From: Hyphochytrium catenoides
Lineage: Eukaryota > Protista > Hyphochytriomycota
Length of the DNA: 48,986 nucleotides
Assembly (NCBI GenBank): GCA_900088475.1
Contig: FLMG01003600.1
Coordinates: forward strand, 1-48,986
Direction: 5' to 3'
Both the position numbers and the translations under genes were made by a program. Numbering within the stretch: position 1 is the first letter of the stretch; every line of letters begins with the position of its first letter. This document shows, piece by piece, positions 1 through 13,000 of the stretch. The notes under the pieces were generated by a model that had not been told where the DNA came from, made no database searches, and saw only the letters and a program-made list of their open reading frames with translations.

Positions 1-2079
1 GTGTGCTGTGCTTCTGTTGGCTCTTATTGCCAACCAAATCTGGAATAACGATGGTGTGTGGATCCAGGGGTACTGGTGTCAGGTAGAAGTAGGTAGAAAT
101 GCTTGCATTGTCGCTACATCAGGTTACCCTTCCTCATTGCTGGTTCTTATGACACTGGCATACTCATTTCTCGGATACTCTAGTTGAAGCCTGGCTGAAC
201 CTGAAATGGGAAGCTGTCCCCAGGACAAGTGTGAACGGAGGGGGCAATGATTTGCTTTTTTATAACAATGATGAGCTGTCGTCCTCCTCCGAGGAATTTG
301 ATTGAGCAGTTAAAACAGATCATCAAAGGAATGCCATCCTCCTTCAGACACTGGTACGTAGAATGCACGTGGCCATCTCCCTGACAGGAAGGTATAGAAG
401 CTTCTTCGACGAGCCTTTTTTCCCTTCCTCACTGTGCCGAATCGCCCCAGATGGCTTTGAGAAGTCTCAAAAGAAGTGACTCCCGTCTTGGCGGCCGTGG
501 AGTCAACAACTAATAGCATAACATACCACGGGAGGTTCATCGTCCGCCATAACTTCACAGTGAACAGGATATCCTCCTCACACCACTCGCCGGCCCTAAT
601 AGACCCAAGAACTCTCCTATCATCGGACCATCATCATTCAAATAGGATGATAGCTGCTGTTGGCTTGCTCGACGAGAGGATCAAAAAAACTCGTTTCATC
701 AACCACCACTCTATCGGTTGTTTGTCACGACCGTTATTATATAACCAGCTCTCTGTACAATTTCCAAGAGGATTCCCCCCTCTTCTGGCCCTCCGAATCG
801 AACGATTGGGCGCGAGATAGATGACGCCGCGTTGAACGTAGTACTAGCGAGAGCGTCCAACAGGTCGTCAAACAATCTCGACAGGGTGTTGATCTTCAGC
901 TCAATTCTCCTCCCGGCCCTCATCAACCCAAAATATGTAGAAGCATATATATACTTTGTCGTGAATCAGTGTCCTCTTAGCGCATCGCTGTTCCGCTGAC
1001 CTAACAAACCCAACAGCAGGAGCACGGCCGAGTAAGGTCTAACCTCCAGATAATATGTCACCACCGCGAACTGTCCAGGAGCTTCTAATTCTGATGATGG
1101 AAAGACGTTGTTGATTTTTCATTCCTATTACCTTCCTTGACCTCCTCCCTCCGCGACAAACTATGGGGCTGACGACTCGTCATTCTGCCACTGGTCTGCT
1201 CCCGCCTTTTCTCATTGTTGTTGCTTCTTCTGCAGCTGCTTCTTGTGGTCCCCCAATAACTTCCTCCTGGTCCTCACCAACTTTCCAACAAGTAAAACCC
1301 TCTCTCCTCCTGCCACTGCTGCTGCCTAATCACCAGTCCGTTTGCTGAGATGTAAGAGAGAGACGGCTGCTTCATCAGCTGCTGCCTGTTCTTCTCTGTT
1401 CTGCCTCCGCTTCTTCATCGTGTTACTTCTTCGTGACAGCAGCAGCGATAACGTCACGCCCAGTTGCTGCTGCTGCTGCTGCCTCGTCAAAGATGCTGCT
1501 GCTGAAGAAGAAATGAATCCTTCCTCCCTTCTTCTTCCCTTGCATTCGATGTTCGTGGTCGTTGTATGCGCTGTGTGGTAAGGGTGTCAGTGTGGAGTTC
1601 AGCAGTGCTGTATCAGCTTCTGTAACTCTCCCGCGGTGGGCGGCCATTGGCTGCTCGCAGGGAGGTGGCCGCCGTTTGGCCAGCCATTGGTCCCTGCTGG
1701 GCCTCGGGTAGCCAATAGGAGGCGTCTAAGAATGTAGAACCACCCACATTGTGTACAAAGTAAGGAATAATCTTATGGTAGACCATTTTGATTCCTAATC
1801 CAGTTGGACGGAATGGGGGTGTTGCAGTAGGTCCCTGTCAAAATGACAGTAGAAATGCAATAAAAGTGGGTTTCACACGGCCATACTGCTTTGGAAATAT
1901 CCAGGTAGCATATTTCACAGTAGTATAAATTGTAAATTATGGGCTAATGTTGTGAATTAACCTCGTTATTACTCGAAGACACACGTTTCACAGCTGTTGC
2001 TCTCTATTTGTTGGTGTCTCTGTTGACACGGAGACTGGGTGAAGAATGACAGGGAGGAGAAGAACTGCAAGCATACCTC

Positions 2080-2290
2080 CTGTCTCTCTCTCCCTCTGTC
2101 TCTCTCCCTGTCTGTCTTTCTCTAGCTCATCATCCTCTGTATCTCTCCCTTCGTGCTGCCTCTCTTTCTGTCTCTCTCCCTCTCCTGTCTCCGCTCTCTT
2201 GCTCTTTCGCTCTTATTCTCTCTCTCTCTGGCCCCCTCTCCCTCTCCCTCTCTCTCTTTGTCTCTCTCTGTCTCTCTCTCTCTCTCTCTG

Positions 2291-2334
<44 letters not shown>

Positions 2335-2335
2335 G
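2080..2335. repeat. (CT)n/(CTGT)n pyrimidine-rich microsatellite
   Basis: Directly visible ctctct/ctgtct runs; they generate the spurious SLSLSL and ERERER ORFs. Confidence 0.95.
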
Positions 2336-2734
2336 ACTTTAGTCGTCAAAAAGTCCTTGATCATCCGCAGCAGAAAAGCAACAGGAGTGTCCGAAGACCT
2401 TTTCTTGAGCTCAGCCAGAGCCCCACTTCCTAATCTTCGAGCGCTCAATCTACAGCTTTACTTTTTGCAGTCTCAGAACCGGCGAAGCAAGGATACTGCT
2501 CCATCTTTAGATTGCGGCGCTGTCCCCATAGATCATTAGAGAAGAGCTGAAGGCCTTGCACAAGGGTGACGGCGCAGCCAAGAGACAGGGTTAGGAAGAG
2601 AGGCATCATATTCACTCTATTAAGTGTGACTCCGTTGTCGAAAGCGTTAGGGAGCCCTTTCAGGTCCACTTCTCGGTGACATTTATCTAGTGTCGCGGAG
2701 CTGTCTCTACAGCCTTGTGGTAGAGCGCTGAACG

Positions 2735-4740
2735 ATGGCCACCCGAGGCTCATTTGCCGCTCCAGGAAGCGCAAGCTGTCGTCCTCCCTCATCTCACGCC
2801 AGCAAGGCAGCAGCACAAGCATATTATAGCCAATGCATGTGCTTGGATCCATCTACTACACCGCTTGGCTCCTATGTTCGCCCGCTATTCGCCTTAGAGC
2901 CTGACACAACCTTTATTAACCACGGCTCCTTCGGGGCGTCGCCAACTCCAGGTGAAGTACACTTCGTATACCTTCAACGTTCTCCTTTTCCCTCTTTCAT
3001 GCTCAACTCAAGCTCGTCTTCTCGTTGTCCGTCTTTGTTTCCCCCTCCAAATTCCCGTTTTGGTCTAGCCATTTGCTGACTGATCGTACTCTCGCTCGTG
3101 TCGCTCGTGCATCAGTCATACAAGCTCACGCACAGTTTCTTGGTCGAATGGAGTCCAATCCGGAGAGATTCTTTCGGAGAGAAGCAAAGCCTCTTCTTCG
3201 CTCTGCATTAACCGAGTTAGCCTCCTTCGTGGGCTCTAAGCCAGAGGATATTGTCTTCGTGGCTAACGCCACTACTGGGGTCAACGCCGTGCTTCGCTCC
3301 TTAGATCTTCAGGAGAACGACGAAGTGATTTGCTTGAACCTAGCCTGTAAGAGAGCTATCACTCTCTCTCTTGTTCCCTCTCTCCCCCTCCTCGTCTCTC
3401 TGGCTTTTGCTCTATCGGTCCCGTTCCCCTCTATCGCTTCTAAGTGCTTCTAGCGCGTCTTCTCTTTCCGATATATCCAGCATTACCTCGATTTCTTTTG
3501 CCCTTCTTCTTTGCCGCTTGGTAGTGACTCGTCAGCCTCCTCGTTTGTCGCTCAGGTCCTAATCACTTGCTTTGTCTTCTGCTCTTACGTCGCCGATAGA
3601 TCCAGCAATCAAGAAGACACTTCAGTTTATTTGCTATTATACGCAGGAGTATGTAGAACTGAAAGTAGTGGATGTCCAGCTTCCGCTACCCTCTTATGAA
3701 GATCTCGTCGCTGCAGTCGACCGAGCCATCACGCCTAACACGCGTCTCGCTGTCTTTGACCACATCAGCAGTGGAAGCGGTCTCCTTCTTCCCTTAGAGC
3801 AGCTCATCCGCGTGTGCCATGCTAAGAACGTCCCTGTCCTGGTGGATGGCGCCCACGCCCCCGGTCAGATTCCCTTGAACCTGGAGAGTTTAGGTGCAGA
3901 TTATTACGTTGGAAACTGCTACAAGTGGCTCTTTGCTTCGAAAGGCTGTGCCTTTCTATGGGTTAAGAAGGAGTTTCAGGTAAAAACATGGGAAACCGAG
4001 AGATATTTCAACTCTCATCGTCCTGCTTCGCTTGCGTATCTGCCTGCTGGTTGGGGCTGCTCCCGCTCTCTTGATCTATGCACGTATAAATGCCTTCCTT
4101 GGCGGAACAAATACCCTTTAGCTATCGTACTGGACTGTCACTTGGCCATGGCCCTTGGTCTGGTGGAGTCTTCCGGGATATTGTACTGATAACACCATCT
4201 TTCTTGTCTTTCTAGAGCACCACGAGACCAGTAGTCACAGGTCTCTCGCATGAGAAAGGCTTTGTAGAAGAGTTCCTGGAGCAAGGTTGTCGGGACCAGT
4301 GCGCCTTTCTTTCTCTCCCTACCGCGATGGCCTTTTACCGGGCATTCGGCGTGGACCGCGTCTATGCATACAACTCTTCTTTGGTGCAATGGGCTACTGA
4401 TATGCTGGCTCAAACCTGGAGAACAGAGCCCCTCCTCCCGCCTTCTCAGCGGTGTCCCTTCATGTCCTCCATACGGCTTCCTATTTGCATTCCTGCGAGC
4501 CTAGAATGCAATGAGGAGCAGCAGGAGGTGGTCTGTGAGAAGATAATGGAGCTAATGAGGGAAAGGTACAAAATTTGCGTGTACATCCAGTTCATACAGA
4601 ACCAACTCTACGCAAGAGTCAGTGCCCAGATCTACAATGACAGGGAAGACTACCAGAAGCTGGCTCAAGCAGTTTTGGACGTGACGAAGGGGCATGATAG
4701 CTTAGTTACTCTTTTCTCCAGCTTGTCCGTCAGCTGCTAG
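2735..4740 (+). CDS. Class-V PLP-dependent aminotransferase/lyase (Egt2 hercynylcysteine sulfoxide lyase / L-cysteine desulfhydrase / isopenicillin N epimerase-like), 4 exons
   Basis: Motifs FINHGSFG, FVANATTGVNAVLRS, FDHISSGSG, LVDGAHAPGQ, GNCYKW (PLP lysine), GCRD and RVSAQIYN. Three GT-AG introns (starting ~2952, ~3347, ~3980) splice in frame. Stop TAG at 4738-4740. The exact start codon is less certain. Confidence 0.9.
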
Positions 4741-5482
4741 CGTCTTGGCGCCGTTATCACATATTTTTCTTCCTCTTTCCATGTCTCGTTCTATGAAGCT
4801 CTGTCATGCGAAGAAAAGGGTTCCCTTTGACGCCTTTGGGTTACGATGGAGGTGGAAAAAGAGAAAAAAAAAAGAGGCATCCTTGCGCTCACTTGTCCTT
4901 AGTTCTTTCCCTTTTTACATCTTATTCAGGCTTTGTACACTATTCTCCTGCAACACTTGTCCAATCTTCTAGTCGCCCATGACAGTAAATAAAGTCTCTT
5001 GCGGATTATCTATTAACCTTAGATGATGTTCTCCTTGCCAAGCGGTCTCTATCCTGCAGTTAGTAGCCGGGAAGACCAGGAATCCTGGTAGATGCTCGCC
5101 TCCCGAAAGAGCAGGCCATTATCGCCACGGCTCGTAAGCTCTCCAACTGCCCATATCGGCCATTATAGTCCTCCGTATCCCATTTTTACTCCTTGGGTCA
5201 GTCACTCCTGAGAGTAAGGTTGACTCCCTCTGCCCTTTACCCTATTCTCTCTCTCCCTATACTACTTCGTATCTCTTCTTCTCTCCATCAAATCTTGCTT
5301 GCTTTGTGAGGTATATCAGAGTAAGACAGAGTAGCTGCAATCGGAGCTGTCAGTCTCTCTGTCACACCTTCAGCGTGTGTCTAACTCATTGCAAGCCACC
5401 CTGTGGGGAATTCCCATCCAGTATCTACTAAGACCCTTAACGTCCTTCAAACAGTCGTGTCTTATGAGAAGGTCTATATAGA

Positions 5483-8400
5483 TCACTGATGAGCGCCGAC
5501 TTCCTTTTCGGCGTGGGACGACGACGAGGCAGAGCCATCTAGCTGTTTCCTCTTCTTGTGCGGATACTCCTGGCTGTTTATACCACCATGTCGCTTGAGG
5601 AGCTCCCCGCAACCCTAAGAGAACCATGATAGATGGTGTTAGAAAACGAAGACAACAGTTGGTAGAACGTGTTCCCGTACTCACCGCATGGCCGGCAGCT
5701 ATTGCGTCATCCAAAGCGGTGAAACCCATTCGGTCACACACGTTGATACTTAAAACAGCCCTGCTCAGTATGAATTAGATAGGAGGTACTTCGATAAGGA
5801 GGACCACCGTCACAGATAAGGAACTTAAAACACCTGACATCTGATAGTAAGGGTAAGAGCAGCCCAGGCCAATGTCCGAAGAAGAAAGAGGTTTCGAAAA
5901 TGGAGTTCTAGGAACACAGCTGTCGTACGTATGTCAAACGTGTCTAGGACAGGCTAAAGAGTGATGGGAGGAGATATAGAAAAGACGCGAAGCCTTACCC
6001 TCTAGCCAGAAGTAGCTCCATGGCTTTCATATGACCAGTCCGCGCAGCAACATGGAGAGGCGTTCTGCCGTCATAATCTGGTGCGGCGACGTACTGCGGT
6101 GAATGGTCACAGAGCTTTTCCAGCTCTGGAAGATGACCCGCAGCCACGGCGGCGCACATGAGGGTGGGCATGATAGCTTGCTCCACCTGTAGAATTATTG
6201 CAGGATTAGACATAACAGGCGAAAGTAGACACCAGTAAGTTAATTACGATCCACGAGCAGCAACGGTGAAATAAAGACGAAGCTCGAGGTAGAGAGAGGT
6301 CATCGTGAAAGCCACGAGATACACTTAGCAGGCTTGGATTTTCGTGGGAAACCAGCACTGCAGGGAGATAATAGCAGCGGTCGCAGGCTCTAACCCTCTT
6401 CTCTGCTATCCCTAATGACTTGGCTACTGCATCTATAAAGGTCTTGTCCTTGAAGGAAAATCGGTTTACATTCTCCTCGGTAGTCATCTCTCCACGAATG
6501 TTCTTCATCATTTCCCTCTTAACCTGTGTGACGGGGGCCGGGAGCTGGTCGTCATACATACGGACTTTCATAGTGACAAAAGAGAAAAGGAACCAGATTC
6601 ACTTTTAGTCTCCTCCCTACTCGTCTGTTTAAACAGCGCTTTATCCTTACGGCCACATTAGCTCCGTCAATATTCTGTCTCGCTGCCAGCGCCAACGACA
6701 GCATCCTGCCTCTCACTACAATTATAGAGCCTTTTACCTCGTCTATATCATCATATCGCGCCAGAAGGTAGGAAAGCTTCGCCACAGCAGCCTCGCAAGT
6801 CATGTCGTTGCCGCAAAGGACTCCGCACTTAGCCAGAGCATACCCTACCATTGAAAGCATGATGAGCCCACCCAACAATCTTATGAGTGAGCAATAAAGG
6901 CACCAAGATGTCCCCAGACGAAATATGCCGTGCGTGTATCCTATCAACACATAATGGAGAAGCACAATCTCAAGTAGAATGACTAATAGTAAAGCCCAAG
7001 CGCCAGAGAGTTCGACCTGCTGCGACCATTAGGAGTAGAAAGAGCTCTTGAAAGGAAGGCCAGAGATAAGTGCGCTGGCATTGACAAGAAAGCAAAAAGA
7101 AAGCGGTACGGTGGCTCGATTTTTCCTATAACGCTCTTGTACCTGTTGCATAAGCGGTTGCCGCCTTTCCTTTATAGCACTGCGAGATGTTAACGACAAC
7201 TATTCCTCTTTCTGTGGTCTCTTTCATAACCTGCAGAAACTCTTGGCTTTTGTCCGGAGCATTGCCTGCCCCGTAGGACATAAGCACTAGACCCTCCAGA
7301 GGGGGCCGGATGAAGTTTCGGATAATTTTTGTTGTTATGCCGGGGAAGAGCCGTAAAACTGCGACTGAATGATGTGGAGTGGGAAGGTCCGGACGACGGC
7401 CCAGGCGTGGTTGAGGGCAAAGGGATACAGTTAGTGTCAACCAAGATATATGTCGTTCTTAAGAGTTGTGTTCCTTTATCAACAATAGATAACAATGTCG
7501 AGCACCATACAGAAGGAATAGCTGCATGTTAGATTGGTTTTAGGTAAGAGCTCAGAGGTCAGACTGCTAGAAGAGGACTACTGCTTTGGAAGAGCCATGG
7601 AAGCAGCATGGATATTCTATAAGAGCGAGATGGAAGGGCGGCGCCTCGTTCTCTTACCGTTCGGAGAAAGTCTAGGAAAGACCTTGAAAGGCTCATTATC
7701 CGCCTCATTATGAAAGACAAGCGCCCAGTTGACGTTAATATTAATGCCGACCGTGGCGATTGGAGGTAGGTTAGGAGAATCGAAGGCGTCCAACTCTGGA
7801 AAAATAAGGGGCAGATATATGTTAGGTAGCACGGGGAGAGTGGCTTTAGACACAGAAAGGAACTTGGTACAAATGCAGGAAGCCAGGAAGAAACGAGGAA
7901 GAGGAGGATAGGGACGGCTCTTCTGTGCTGGGAACCTGCAGCGCTTCTCTTGGTACAACGGCAACCTCTTAAGAGTTTATTATGGAAGTATACGCAGACT
8001 TCTGGTATCTGTCAAGGACATGGCAGTTGAAAGTAACGATGACCAACACGAAGTTCTTTAGGACGATCAAAATCTTGGGGAAAAGGTCCCCGGGAGAAGT
8101 TAGGCTTAGCTCCTACCTGAAAGTGTCCCGCAATTGTGAGAGCACCTAAAAGGTTGTCAATGCCGTCGCTCTACGGACAAGTATAAGAACTCTGTAGAGA
8201 ACTATGAGGTCGGCAATAAAGAGCACCTTGAGATAGCGACAGTTCACGAAGCAAGCGGACGAAGTGGAGGAGCAGTGCGTACCCCTGGCTGGGAAAGAGG
8301 GATTTGAGACCCAGTCAAAATCACCGTTTTCGCTAGATTTCTGAAGATAAAAGCGAGTCCTGAGGCCGTATATGCCATAGTATCCGTGCCTAGCCAGAAG

Positions 8401-9537
8401 CACCAGCAAGAGATAAGCGGTCACTTCGAGTACTTTGAATAAACGTAGGAGCTAGAAGGTGAAAGAGCCGTTCGAGGGTCAACAGAAGATCCGAAGGACG
8501 TAAGAGGTAGACGACTTTCTGCAGGTGGTGAAGGAGACGTTAAGAGCCACTTATCCTGGAACCCGCCCAGATGAGTCCTGCAGAGGTGGGAATGATTAGG
8601 TAAGCTAGCGTTGGCCCCCGTACCATGGAGGATGACAAAGCCGTCATACTCTTCATAATGACTCTCTAAGTCCTGCGCTATCCGGATCCAATCGGGGTGA
8701 TCCAAGTTGCAGGAGTCCAGGAGCGGATCATATTCAAATATTTTATAGCTGGAGGTTCACCGTCGTTAGCCGCTGGTCTCATTGGCGGATCCTCATCTGC
8801 TGTGCCATCTCTTTGCATTGCATTGTCAACAAACAGAGCAGAGACTCTTACGTCTAGGCAGAAGTAGGCGGTGGCTACAAGGGAAACAAGGAAGAGCAGG
8901 AAGGCGTAGATAGATCAAGGTCAGAGGGTTTAATCCGTACGTTATTCTCTTGTTAAAGCGGGAGAGAGGCATAGTGAGCTCTGTCTTGGGAAGTATTTGG
9001 TCATGGGCCTAACAGACGCCCCAAGGCATCAGTCCATACGGTCGGTTAGACATCACGCTTCTCAGAGAGAGAAGATAGCTGGGCTGCAAGGAGGAGCTGG
9101 GCTGCAAGGAGGAGCTGGGCTGCAAGGAGGACCTACCTGAGGAAGAGAGAAGAGGTAGCTCTGCAAAAAGTCTTTCTTTGGTATGAATCCATTCGGACTG
9201 GCCTGTCGGGTACCAGATAGAGCTGTCAACACATGTCGAGACGGAACTCGCTCCGCGTTCTGATAGGCAATAGGACCGGCTATCACCATATGGGTGAACT
9301 AAGGCGAGGGTCGAAGAGAAAGACTATATGGCACAGCTAGAGACGGATCTGCCCTATATGAACTCGTAAGGACGTCCTCACCATCATTCCTATAGTTCCA
9401 CCAGTGTAGAGGACCAGCACCCGTGCGTGGATCTCAACCTCCTCCGGTAGCGACTCCACTGAGAGTGCCCTCTGACCGGCTGGTCTGGGTGACGGAAGGT
9501 CCAGGGCATTGACTGTTCCCGTACCGTTCGTTTCCAT
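5483..9537 (-). CDS. ASPG: Type-I L-asparaginase with C-terminal ankyrin repeats (60 kDa lysophospholipase-like), multi-exon
   Basis: Spliced motifs VLVLYTGGTIGM, DGFVILHGTDTMAY, ILTGSQIP, IPEVCVYFHNKLLRG, SYGAGNAP, NISQC and DMTCEAAVAKLSY; ankyrin motifs DYDGRTPLHVAA and DRMGFTALDDA. All introns GT-AG. Stop TGA at 5483-5485. Confidence 0.93.
9077..9131. repeat. Intronic 18-bp tandem repeat x3 (agctgggctgcaaggagg)
   Basis: Three identical copies at 9077, 9095 and 9113, next to the ASPG exon-2 donor site. Confidence 0.95.
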
Positions 9538-10086
9538 TATCAATAGAGAGGATAGAACTGATGTAAGACTGCTCAAACATACAGGTGATGAGGACAACTC
9601 TTTCTGCGGCCCCGTATAAGAAGAAAGGCTCTGAAGAACGACTGTGGTGCTGGAGGCGTCAGGAAGAAGTGAACGGATGCAATAAGCTTCCTGCGAAGAC
9701 GACGAAGCTCTCAGACTCGATCAGAACCGCAGCTTGAAGCTTTGACGTTTGAGATGGAGGAAGAATCAATGACGGCGAAAATCTCTATCTTTCATAGAGC
9801 GATAACCAATCCTTAGATTATAGTGTACTTATCTTCGTCTGCTCCAGAAGAACTGTTGGTTATCATATCTCAGAGGAGCCGATAGTTGGTTATTCTTTAT
9901 TAGTTTTTGATTGTCAAGCGGATTGGTTGGTGTGGAGCGGAAACGAAGCGATGAAACTCCATCAGAACCCATTCTGAGGCTCTCAGACTTGAAGCTTCAT
10001 CAGCGCAGCGTCGGGGACTCTGAGCAGGTTATAAAGCGTCAGTTAGGCGATAGCGGGGTGTTGAAGCCCAGAAGAGGACATTAAGC
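9538..10086. promoter_or_regulatory. Putative bidirectional promoter between ASPG and PPAN
   Basis: About 550 bp separate the head-to-head start codons. It contains CCAAT/ATTGG boxes (~9806, ~9922) and duplicated 9-11 bp motifs. Confidence 0.55.
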
Positions 10087-13000
10087 ATGCCCCGTCGAGG
10101 AGGAAAGAGGGTAAGAGTCCTCTGGGAGAGTATGTCGTAGGTGGTGACCATGCTAATAGCTGATTCTTGCCACCCTGCAGAAGAAGACCCGGACCCATGC
10201 TGCGGGCACTAAAGAGGAAGCAAGCGTGCCGCAGAGCTTTGTCTTTCGAAGAGGCAAGGTGAGAACCGAGCGTTTGAAGAGCTTCATTGGAGATATCGAG
10301 ACACTAATTGCCCTGCAGACAGGACCTCTCGTGGTAGAGCTCGTGGATGATATGCGGAAGATGATGGCTCCTAATACGGCCTTGAAGCTGAAGGAGAAGC
10401 GGACAAATCATATGAAGGACTACGTTCACGTTGCTGGTATGAAAGCAATGGACCACAACGCTACCCTTGACGAGGGACTTCTGGCTGCAGCTACTTCATA
10501 GCCTGCATTAAGGATTATTCGCTGTCGTCGCTCCAACCTCTTATCTTCCAAATCTATAGGCCTTTTCTCCAATCAATCTACGCACTCCTGCCCCTCCTAT
10601 CTCCTGCTGGGCTCTTGCTTGTACTTCCCATCTTCCTTTTTGGCCGGCTCGCCTCTCCTTAAGGCTCTGACCCTAAACTTATCACCTCAATCGGACAGGC
10701 CCACTTGGAGTGACGCACTTTTTAATGTTCAGTGCCACTGAAAATAGCGTCAACTTTAGAGTTGGCAGGGTTCCCAGAGGGCCAACCCTAAGCTTCAAGG
10801 CATGTACAGAGATGCTTTCATACGTGATCAATATCTTTTCCTGTTCTCTGGCCAGGCTTCTCTGACTCCAGCTCTTTGCCCTATGCCGAGAAGAAGCCTT
10901 GATGCTCGTTAGGTACCCCTCTTACGTCTTCTCCTCTTCCTTGTAGGTTGTCAGCTATACGCTTATGCGTCAGATTAAGGCAGCAATGAAGCGTCCAGTG
11001 GAAACAACAAAGGCTTACCTCACCTCACCCTTGGTACATAGAACTGTGGTGCATTGGTGGATGTCGACTGCTTCTTGTCTCGAGAAATATTATCATTACT
11101 TCTTGATTCGGCGTCAGTGGGTACTCCTCGTCTCTTTCGGTGCGAGCTTTGTTCTCTTCTGGCGATCGCCTCCCGCCTCTCGCTCAACAGCTTTGATCGC
11201 TGTCATAGCCCTTAACAGCGTCCTTTGACATGTAGGTGGTGCTGAACAACTTCAGCGCAGCTGAGGGCGACCACGTGAAGCTTTTGACTGTAACTTTTCA
11301 AAACATGTTTCCAGCCATCGACGTCGCGTCCGTACGTCTTGGAGATTGCAGAAGGGTCGTTCTGTTCCATTTTGATAAGGTGATGAGCCCTTGGCCAATG
11401 ACGAAGGGTAGAGAAGAGACCAAAAGGACCTTTGGTAGACGAGTACAGCGTAGTTTTGGGCCCTTTACGGCACTGGTGGCGGCGGTTTATAAAGTTCGGC
11501 GGTGTACGTTCATTTCTACTCATAGGTGTTAAAGGTCCTCACATTTCTTTCTTCTCTAGGCTTCGGGACATATCCACTTCAGACACTATATTATTAGAGC
11601 GAAGCCGATTGGTCTTAGCAGAAGGTAAAGCCTATACATCTCTCGAACTTCTACCTTCAGAACCCCCCCAATGTGCTCAACTCTTGTTCTAGCTCGAATC
11701 TCTCTCTTCAGACTTCAGCACGACATTTCTCTTCTCATCAAACCTAAACCTCTGGGCACGTGTTGGCGTCAATGGCTGTTTCTAGTCTAGCCAGGACCGG
11801 TGTTTCCTCCTAGGTGTTCGTCCGCATTATCGTGTCCTCTCCCTATTTCCCCAACTATGCCCTCTAATCTTTCCTCCTTGGAAATATGTTATCAGCGTCA
11901 AAGCCATCGTACACACGAAGATCCCTAATCTGAGCAAGCTAGAGGACATCAGTGAATTCATTTTAGGTGGTGGCGGAGGAGTGGGCCTGGGGGCTGTGAC
12001 ATCTGATAGTGAGGCAGACGACGAGCAGTCACATGTCACCCTTGCGCAAGACTATGCAGGAAGAGGCAATAAGAAACAACATAAAAGGTTGGACGATAGA
12101 TCTACGGGTGTCGTCCTTTCTTTTGGGCTTCTCGTGCCATGTTTTTTGTAAAGCCCGGAAGGTCTGCCAGAAATCTGCATGACAGGCTTCCTGCTGCCGT
12201 ACTTGGTCCTGATCATTAACTGGCTCGCTGTCGATTTATTCTTCACCGCTTTGCATGTCGGGAGCCACTCTCCTCCGATAAGTCAGACCTCGTCTTCGTC
12301 AACACTTAACAGCAAATTTCGTTTCCCTCTCTTATCAGTGCCATCCGGTTATCAGAGCTTGGGCCTCGTCTGAGTCTTCAGCTCGTGAAGGTGGAGCGCG
12401 GATTGTGCGAGGGCGATGTCCTTTATCATGCCTTTGGTAAGCGGCTTCCTGCGTAGCTTTAACAGATTCGCCCTCGCCTGTGGCGGGTTGCGCAGCCCGT
12501 ATCTCCTCTTCCTCTCTCCAGTGTTCTCCTCTTGGCCTTTTTCTATTAACGCTTCCAAAATTGTTGTGCAGTTACGAAGTCAGCAGAGGATGCAGCGGCA
12601 GACAAAAAGCGGCACTTAGAGGTGGATATCCAGCTGACGTTTCGTGGCCTTCTAGTTATCAATCCGATACCTCTTGCCCTCACCTACATCTCCCCTCTAT
12701 TTAGTTTGCTCTCCAGTTAAGTGGTTAAGTTTTGGTCCTTGTGCTTATTGCTGCTGATCTCACTTTCTCTCCCATCGTATATGGCTGAGAGGGTGTTGAT
12801 TTATAAGGGCCAGTTCCGGGTCCAAACCTTCTTAAGCTCCCTATGTGCAACTAAACCATGCTCTTCTCGCAGCGAGAAGCGCTAAAGCGGCAACGAAAAG
12901 AAGAGCAGGAGGAAAATCTTGCACGAAAGAAGGTGAGAGGTCCAGATCTTTATCTCCCTCGTGGAGCTCGAGGATCTTAAGAGTGGGTTCAATTTTCTCC

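Noticed and set aside
105-119. 15-bp inverted match to 48811-48825 (gcattgtcgctacat), resembling terminal inverted repeats
   Set aside because: About one or two such matches are expected by chance in a window this size. The match does not extend, and ordinary genes lie between the copies.
2046-2539. SLSLSL / ERERER ORFs (also at 19352-19720 and 26763-27052)
   Set aside because: They are translations of CT/GA microsatellites.
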